64,000 nt of DNA from a candidate division WOR-3 bacterium (GTDB lineage: Bacteria > Hydrothermota > Tepidihabitantia > Tepidihabitantales > Tepidihabitantaceae): assembly GCA_965648905.1 (NCBI GenBank), contig CBFGIT010000001.1, positions 1-64,000 on the forward strand, in the 5' to 3' direction. Below, piece after piece: positions 58,042 to 64,000 of this stretch. The translations under genes and the position numbers were made by a program. Numbering within the stretch: the stretch's first letter is position 1; every line of letters starts with the position of its first letter. Under the pieces are notes generated by a model. That model had not been told where the DNA came from. It did no database searches and saw nothing but the letters and a program-made list of their open reading frames with translations.

Positions 58042-58290
58042 GCCCAGACCGCAGCCGCAGTGACTGGCGCAGTGCCGGGCGCAGCGACAAGCGAAGCTCA
58101 AGCGGAACCAGCGGCCCCAACTTCTTCTCCGGCCAGCGCACCGATTAGGGCAACCCTGACCGTCTGGGTAGCCATGCAGGGAATGGTCACGCCGGCCCGC
58201 GTGAAGTCGGCGCGCTCGGTTAGAACGTCTGGTGGCGTTCAAACGCAGACGGAAGAGAGGACTCACGTAGCTGAAACTGCCGCCGCGCCC
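58042..58290. repeat. Degenerate 12-bp-periodic tract downstream of the capsid-like gene
   Basis: gcccagaccgca gccgcagtgact ggcgcagtgccg ggcgcagcgaca agcgaagctcaa gcggaaccagcg gccccaacttct; decays after about 58190. Confidence 0.5.
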
Positions 58291-58323
58291 CAGCTTCCTT
58301 CACTCAGTCCGGGCGCTGACGGG

Positions 58324-58349
58324 TCGGGGCGGCCCGAAGGCCGCCCCGA
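58324..58349 (-). terminator. 11-bp perfect hairpin with cUUCGg loop downstream of the S8 gene
   Basis: Minus strand TCGGGGCGGCC-TTCG-GGCCGCCCCGA; no clear U-tract. Confidence 0.6.
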
Positions 58350-58376
58350 ATGAATCGGCGTCCGTGTCGGTTCGAG

Positions 58377-61300
58377 CTAGCGCTGGAGCACGAGTTTCTG
58401 ACTGACTGAGTAAACGCCTGCGTTCAGACGCACCGTGTATACGCCGGCACTCAAGCCACGCAGGTCGAGCGGCAATGACGAAGTCCGAATGCCGAATGAC
58501 GAGCGGAGGACGCGGCGGCCTGAGGCGTCGTAGATGCTGATGCTCGGGACACGATCCGAAATGCCGGGCACTTGGGTCATGTCCCAGCACAGCGTGGCGA
58601 AGCCGGAGCGGAGCGGGTTGGGCGTGATGGTGAACCCGGCCGGTCGCCTATCGAACGCCGAGGCCAGTACGCCAGACCGGGCTGCCCGGCCCGTGGCCAG
58701 GGGCAGTACGGTTGAGCCCGGTGTGTACATCCAGAACTCCTGGGTCTTGTTGCCCTTGAGCGCAAAGCACATGCCGGATCGGCCTGATACGTAGGGCGTG
58801 ATGTCGCCGCCGAGCTTGACCTTCTTCTTCTTGCCGGTCGAGCCAAGCTCGGGCATCGCTTCCTGTTCCTGCCAGGAGTCGGCGGCAGCCAGGTATTTCC
58901 ACAGCTCGGTTGTGTTACCGCCTTTGAGCGCGTAGACGCCGTCGTGCAACCACGCACCGGCCGCGCCGTCTTTCGACTTCTTGGACTTGCCCAGTCGGCC
59001 GATGAGCGGCATGCCCGGCCGATTCGGACCCCAGGCATCGTCGATGATGTCATAGGCGAAGAGGACGTGATACTTGGCCTGGTGCACAAACACGGTCCGG
59101 TCGTCGTCATAGACCGCAAACGAGCCCGGGCCGAGCTTAAGTACGGGCGCGGGAATTGAGGCAAGTGGAGTCCAAGAGTCACTCACCGGGTCATAGCGGT
59201 AGAACTCGTTCTTGTCGCCCTTGACAAGGTAGACCTTGCCCTGGGCATACGCGACATCAGCGCCGCCTTTGACCCGCCGGTTTGAGGTGCCGAGCGGGAC
59301 CGGCTCAAGGGCTGACCAGGAGTCGTGTGCCGCATCGTACCGGTAGAAGCCCTGGGTGTTGTTGCCTTTGACCATGTAGACCAGGCCGTTACCGTCAGCG
59401 CAGGCATTGGCGCCTTTGCCGACCAACTTGTTCTCAACTCCGGCCGGAATCGGGCGGCGTGCGCTCCAGGAGTCGCCGACCGGGTCATAGGCGTAGAAGT
59501 CCGCGGTCTTGCCCCCGGCCGCAGCGTAGACCTTCATCGTTGCCGGCTCACCGACAACAAACGCACCAGCCTTGGCCGCAAGGGGCAGGCGGGCACGTTC
59601 AAGCCAGGGCGGCGGCGGCGGCCCGGTGATGAAGCTGAACTGACCGGTGAGCGTATCGTTGGCCGGGTTACCGTCGTAGGCAACACTGGTCGAGCAACGA
59701 GTCGTGTAGCTGCCTGGATCGTGTGGTTTGGGCAGAGTATCAAAGCCTACCATCACCGAACTGCCCGGAGCCAGACTGGTGACCGTGCGGCTGCTTGAGT
59801 AGATGACCGAGTTGGCCTGGTCCAGAATCCGGAAGAACACGGTCGGCGCAGCGGCAAAGTTGCCCTGGTTGCGCACGGTTGCTGCCGGCACAACGACTGC
59901 GCCGGTATCGACACTGCCGACCGGAGAGTTGATTGCGCTCACGCCCACGTCCACCCGGCCGACGGTGAATGCCTGAGCTAGCGAATCGTTCGCCGGCACT
60001 TGATCACCGCTCATCCTTGAGCGGCAGACCGCAGTGTACGATCCGGTCCAGGCATCCCAGTTCGGGAAGGTCGCGGTTGTATCGACACCCGAGGGCAGAC
60101 CCAGAGGCAGGTCCAGGCTCTCAAGATACGCGGGCGATGAGTTGATGGCGAAGAACAGGCGGACCGGGTCGCGCTGCGTGCCGTAGTTGTGCACGACCGC
60201 GGCTGGCATGGTCGGCCCGGGCGGCACCATGCCTGAGGGCGACACAATCTGCGTTACACCGACATCACGCACCGCAACATAGACCGTGCCAAGCACCGTG
60301 TCGTTCGCGGCTACCATGTCTGCGGCGAGCATGGTCGTGCATCTTGTTGCTAGGGCACCGCGCTGGAGCGCGGTCCAGGACGCAAAGTTCACCGCCTGCG
60401 ATGCACCGGCAGCCAGATTGGTCACGGTCTGGGTGTTCGAGTAGCCAGAGCCGATGTTGAGCCGGACATTGAACGTCGCCGCCTGAGTCCCGTTGTTCCG
60501 GACTGTGGCCTGGGGCGCAATCACTGCGCCCGAATCGACCGTGCCGGTCGGAGCATTGATCGATACTGCCTCGGCGTCGAGCACGCGGACAAACACGTTC
60601 CCGGTCGCGATGTTGTTAGCCGGAACCATGTCACCAGTCAGCATCGTGGTGCATCTTGTCGCCAGAGTGCCGCGCTGGAGCGCGGTCCAGGACGCAAAGT
60701 TCACCGCCTGTGACGCACCGGCGGCCAGATTGGTCACGGTCTGGGTGTTCGAGTAGCCGGAGCCGATGTCGAACCGGACATTGAATGTCGCCGCCTGAGT
60801 CCCGTTGTTCCGGACTGTGGCCTGGGGCGCAATCACTGCGCCCGAATCGACCGTGCCGGTCGGCACATTGATTGATACTGCTTCAGCATCGAGCACGCGC
60901 ACAAGAACTGACCCGGTGTCACGGTCATTAGCCGGGGCAATGTCACCCGGGAGTTCGGTCGAGCATCGCACCACCTGGATACCGCGCGGCCAGTTCGAGC
61001 CGGCCAAGAAGGTCACATAGCGTGCCGTGCCCGGCGCATGAGCGGTGATGGCTGCGATCTGGTTGTAGCTCGACCCGATTCTCATCCGCACCTGGTAATC
61101 AACCGTGCTCGAGCCGTAGTTGTACACTGTGCAGGCCGGAACCACCGACTGGGTCGAGTCGATCGTGCCGGTTGGTACTATGATGCGGCGCACGCCGACG
61201 TCGCCGACCTGGCGGCTGACGTCACCGGTAATGGTCCAGGCAAAGGGCTGGCGCGCGCTCGTTGCCACTTGGAAACCGTAAACCCGGATCGTCCAGACCC

Positions 61301-63308
61301 CGGTCGCCGGTGAGTTGACGCGGACGCACTCCTCAACGTTCAGCGTATCCCAGACAGTCGGGTTCGGCGTTGACTGGCCCCCAGAATACTGGTTGCCGCG
61401 ATAGACTGTTCCGCCCGGAGCAATCACTTCGAGGTTCAGGTTGTTGACCAGGGTGCGCGACGCGCTGGGCGCGGCTGCAGTGTCGGTCCAGGCCAGGGCA
61501 ACTCGCAGCGGAATCGAGGAGTTCACCACGAACTGCTCTTCCTTGTACTGGCCGGTGCTCACGCCCGAGGTGTCGTCTTTGATAATCAGCTTGCGCGTAT
61601 CACCAGCAAAATAGAGCACCGAGTCAGCATCAATCCGGCCCCAGCCGATATCGAAGCTAGGCACGACGTACGACCCGATGTTCGGGTCAGCCGAAGCAAC
61701 GGCCATCGAACGCAGCAGGGCCGCGCTGATATACGAGATGCTGTCAGCCGGGTTCGCAGTTCCGGTCGGATAGTAGCCCTCACGCAGATAGCAGCGCATC
61801 AAACCGACCGTGCCGTTGACTGCTGGCGTTGCCATTGAAGTTCCGGACATCTGCTGGTAGGTATTGGTCCCGGACGACGTCGCCGAGTACAGATTCACCC
61901 CTGGCGCGCAGACCGTCGGCTTCAGCCGATTGTCCGCGGTCGGCCCGCGGCTGGAAAAACTGGCAATGGCGTTCGACGAAGTGCCGTTCTGGGTCGCACC
62001 GACCGTAATCACGTTCTTGGCAATACCGGGATTGCGGATCCGCCGCGTGCTCGTCTCGTTGCCGGCAGCCATGATATTGAGGAAATCCTTGTATACCCAG
62101 GAGTAGTTGTCGGTCGAGGCGTCCATCAGCAGATAGGTTCCGCTCGAGTTGGACCAGCCCCAACTTCCCGAGTGCTGACGAATCGGCCGCAGCGAGTCAG
62201 GCAGACCCCGGCCAAGATAGACCGAGTCCCAGAGCGGAGTCAGGTCATCGCTGATGACGAAGGTCCCGGAGCTGTTGGTCAGGTCAACAAAGTAGAGGCG
62301 TCCCTTGATTGACATGCCATCGTAGTAGCTGGTCCCGCCCGTGACCGAGTCGTCGCCCGCCACCGTGCCGTTGACGTGGCTGCCGTGGTAGGGCGTTTCA
62401 CCCTGTTGTGCGCCCTGATACAGCTTGAACGCAACGACTTTGCGGTGCGTCGGCCATATCCCGGGCGCAGTCACCGACAGGTTCGGGTCACGGAAAAGGT
62501 TATGGCCAAGGTTCAGTCCGGTGTCGGTCGTTGATAGAATCACCCGCTGGCCGCGCACACCTTTCGCCCAGACCTTGCGCGCCGTCATGCTCGTGTCCGG
62601 CGGCGCAGTTGACTGCCAGCCGGTCTGCACGACCCACTGGCAGTTGTTGTTACACAGCTCAGGCTCGGTCCAGAGCTGAACCCAGATAACCTCCTGCAGC
62701 CGGGCAATCGCCGGTATTGCCGAGGCCGGAACCGTCACCGTTATCGACGTGCAGAACTCAGACTCGACCACATCGGCATACGCCGCACCCTGGTCAGCCA
62801 GCACCTGAAGAATGGGTCGGTGCTCCTCGCCCGGGGTCACGACGATGACCAGTTTGACGCTGCCCGAAGCACTAAGCAGTACGTCCTGTAACTTGTACGC
62901 CGGCTGAAACAGACCGACCCAGTGCACCATCGGCAATGCCTGGACTGCGGCCTTCTGGGCCGGTTCGAGCTTGGCCAGAACCGCGTAGCTCGGCAGGTAG
63001 CCGAAAGGCCGGACATCAATTCGCCTGAGCTCCTGATACCACTCCGGCCTTATCGGGCCGTTGAACTGGATGATGTGGTAGGCAGGGCCGGGCTGGTGTT
63101 CGGAAAGCGCCAGCTCCGGCGGGATTGCAGACACGCCGGTTCGGGTATCGACCACGAACCCGTTGGAAAAACTGACTTCGTTCAGCTCATTTCCTGCCAC
63201 CGGGTCAAAGTGCCGCGCCGGGCCCATGCTGTAGTGCGATGACGGTCGGGCAGAACCGTTGCTGGCCAGCGCGCAAAGAACGGACAGGCAAACGACGAGC
63301 GCTTTCAT
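58377..63308 (-). CDS. S8 subtilisin-like peptidase with CARDB repeats, Kelch-like propeller and T9SS-type C-terminal domain
   Basis: GGAGG RBS; DTG, HGSHV.GT, AAGN, SGTSMATP; NNLNLEV; ITPNP...YDASGR...LSAGVY. Confidence 0.92.
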   Translation of the reverse strand: MKALVVCLSVLCALASNGSARPSSHYSMGPARHFDPVAGNELNEVSFSNGFVVDTRTGVSAIPPELALSEHQPGPAYHIIQFNGPIRPEWYQELRRIDVRPFGYLPSYAVLAKLEPAQKAAVQALPMVHWVGLFQPAYKLQDVLLSASGSVKLVIVVTPGEEHRPILQVLADQGAAYADVVESEFCTSITVTVPASAIPAIARLQEVIWVQLWTEPELCNNNCQWVVQTGWQSTAPPDTSMTARKVWAKGVRGQRVILSTTDTGLNLGHNLFRDPNLSVTAPGIWPTHRKVVAFKLYQGAQQGETPYHGSHVNGTVAGDDSVTGGTSYYDGMSIKGRLYFVDLTNSSGTFVISDDLTPLWDSVYLGRGLPDSLRPIRQHSGSWGWSNSSGTYLLMDASTDNYSWVYKDFLNIMAAGNETSTRRIRNPGIAKNVITVGATQNGTSSNAIASFSSRGPTADNRLKPTVCAPGVNLYSATSSGTNTYQQMSGTSMATPAVNGTVGLMRCYLREGYYPTGTANPADSISYISAALLRSMAVASADPNIGSYVVPSFDIGWGRIDADSVLYFAGDTRKLIIKDDTSGVSTGQYKEEQFVVNSSIPLRVALAWTDTAAAPSASRTLVNNLNLEVIAPGGTVYRGNQYSGGQSTPNPTVWDTLNVEECVRVNSPATGVWTIRVYGFQVATSARQPFAWTITGDVSRQVGDVGVRRIIVPTGTIDSTQSVVPACTVYNYGSSTVDYQVRMRIGSSYNQIAAITAHAPGTARYVTFLAGSNWPRGIQVVRCSTELPGDIAPANDRDTGSVLVRVLDAEAVSINVPTGTVDSGAVIAPQATVRNNGTQAATFNVRFDIGSGYSNTQTVTNLAAGASQAVNFASWTALQRGTLATRCTTMLTGDMVPANNIATGNVFVRVLDAEAVSINAPTGTVDSGAVIAPQATVRNNGTQAATFNVRLNIGSGYSNTQTVTNLAAGASQAVNFASWTALQRGALATRCTTMLAADMVAANDTVLGTVYVAVRDVGVTQIVSPSGMVPPGPTMPAAVVHNYGTQRDPVRLFFAINSSPAYLESLDLPLGLPSGVDTTATFPNWDAWTGSYTAVCRSRMSGDQVPANDSLAQAFTVGRVDVGVSAINSPVGSVDTGAVVVPAATVRNQGNFAAAPTVFFRILDQANSVIYSSSRTVTSLAPGSSVMVGFDTLPKPHDPGSYTTRCSTSVAYDGNPANDTLTGQFSFITGPPPPPWLERARLPLAAKAGAFVVGEPATMKVYAAAGGKTADFYAYDPVGDSWSARRPIPAGVENKLVGKGANACADGNGLVYMVKGNNTQGFYRYDAAHDSWSALEPVPLGTSNRRVKGGADVAYAQGKVYLVKGDKNEFYRYDPVSDSWTPLASIPAPVLKLGPGSFAVYDDDRTVFVHQAKYHVLFAYDIIDDAWGPNRPGMPLIGRLGKSKKSKDGAAGAWLHDGVYALKGGNTTELWKYLAAADSWQEQEAMPELGSTGKKKKVKLGGDITPYVSGRSGMCFALKGNKTQEFWMYTPGSTVLPLATGRAARSGVLASAFDRRPAGFTITPNPLRSGFATLCWDMTQVPGISDRVPSISIYDASGRRVLRSSFGIRTSSLPLDLRGLSAGVYTVRLNAGVYSVSQKLVLQR
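60280..60903 (-). repeat. 312-bp (104-aa) near-identical tandem CARDB duplication
   Basis: gtgcatcttgt at 60337 and 60649; long identical DNA runs. Confidence 0.9.
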
Positions 63309-63346
63309 GGTGCCTCCTGGATTATTGCTCTGGACCGGGTGAAGTA

Positions 63347-63375
63347 ATCCTACCGGGCATACCATGAAGTGTCAA
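63347..63375 (-). promoter_or_regulatory. sigma70-like promoter of the S8 gene
   Basis: TTGACA-N17-TAGGAT. Confidence 0.65.
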
Positions 63376-63458
63376 AATCGGCCGGGCCGATGTTGAACCT
63401 CTGCCGGACTTGGCTAGAATCGCTTTCTATCCGCCGAACCTGCCCGAAAGGACCACTC

Positions 63459-64000
63459 ATGCGACCCGTACTGCGCCTGTTATCCGACAGCCTGGTTGAA
63501 CAGGTCCTGGCCGAAGCCCGGACTCTCCTCTGCGGTCTGGGAATGATCGTGCACAACGACGCGGTGTTGCGACTGCTTGGTGAGCACGGTGCCGAAGTTG
63601 ACCTTGCCCGCCACCATGTTCGGTTCAACAACGACATTATCGACTATGGCCTCAAATCCGCTCCCCGCTCATTCAAGCTGTTCGACCTGCTCGGCAACCA
63701 GACCCATGAGTTTGCTGGCGACAACGTCTATTTCACCCCTGGCTCGGCCGCCTTGAATATCCTTGACTCCAGCACCGGCCAGATGCGGCGACCGAAGACT
63801 CCGGACTATGTCGAGTACGTTAAGCTCGTAAGCGGGCTTGACCACCTTGCGGCTCAGAGTACGGCGCTGATTCCTGATGACGTGCCGGAGCGCATCTCGG
63901 ACAGCTATCGGCTGTATCTGAGCCTGCTCTTTGGCGAGAAGCCGGTTGTCACCGGCTGCTTCACTATCGAGTCGTTCGCGGTGATGCGTGACATGCAGGT
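63459..64000 (+). CDS. mttB: Trimethylamine methyltransferase (MttB) family protein, 3'-truncated by window
   Basis: My translation: MRPVLRLLSD...L..LG..V.N...L..HGA.VD....VRF......LKSAP..F.L...G......G....FTPGS.A..ILD...G..R; open to the window end. Confidence 0.8.
   Translation, partial: MRPVLRLLSDSLVEQVLAEARTLLCGLGMIVHNDAVLRLLGEHGAEVDLARHHVRFNNDIIDYGLKSAPRSFKLFDLLGNQTHEFAGDNVYFTPGSAALNILDSSTGQMRRPKTPDYVEYVKLVSGLDHLAAQSTALIPDDVPERISDSYRLYLSLLFGEKPVVTGCFTIESFAVMRDMQ

Noticed and set aside
57892..58353. 153-aa plus-strand ORF
   Set aside because: No RBS; made of the heptamer array, the 12-mer tract and a terminator hairpin
56886..58376. Prophage or CRISPR interpretation of the capsid-like locus
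   Set aside because: No integrase, att repeats or other viral genes; repeats are contiguous and degenerate, without spacers

Overview
GC-rich bacterial chromosomal window with no rRNA, tRNA, CRISPR array, integrase or transposase recognised. Many large secreted proteins carry C-terminal T9SS/FlgD-Ig-type sorting domains and CARDB/Kelch modules, which suggests an FCB-related diderm such as candidate division WOR-3 (inference). Housekeeping genes: ABC-2 exporter, pdxA, mgtE, cstA, lysS-lolC/E-lolD-mcsA-mcsB-selA-resB-like-ccsA, a CCA/poly(A) polymerase, folK-dNK-panB-panC, csp, nnr, ygiQ, ruvX-mltG and a partial mttB. There is also a five-gene synthase-dependent exopolysaccharide-like locus (23.1-31.9 kb) and several surface hydrolases (C25 gingipain-like, S8, metallophosphoesterase). 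The most striking observation is a lone 126-aa gene (57449-57829) that by eye matches the major capsid protein of filamentous archaeal viruses (SIRV2/Adnaviria fold). It is flanked on both sides by degenerate 12-bp-periodic DNA tracts, and a third such tract lies 25 kb away. About 12 bp is the DNA footprint of an adnaviral capsid dimer. Other observations: a promoter-driven 14-aa lysine-rich micro-ORF, heptamer repeats inserted into coding regions, many apparently leaderless genes and a probable CTG start. All protein calls come from motif recognition by eye, without database searches.
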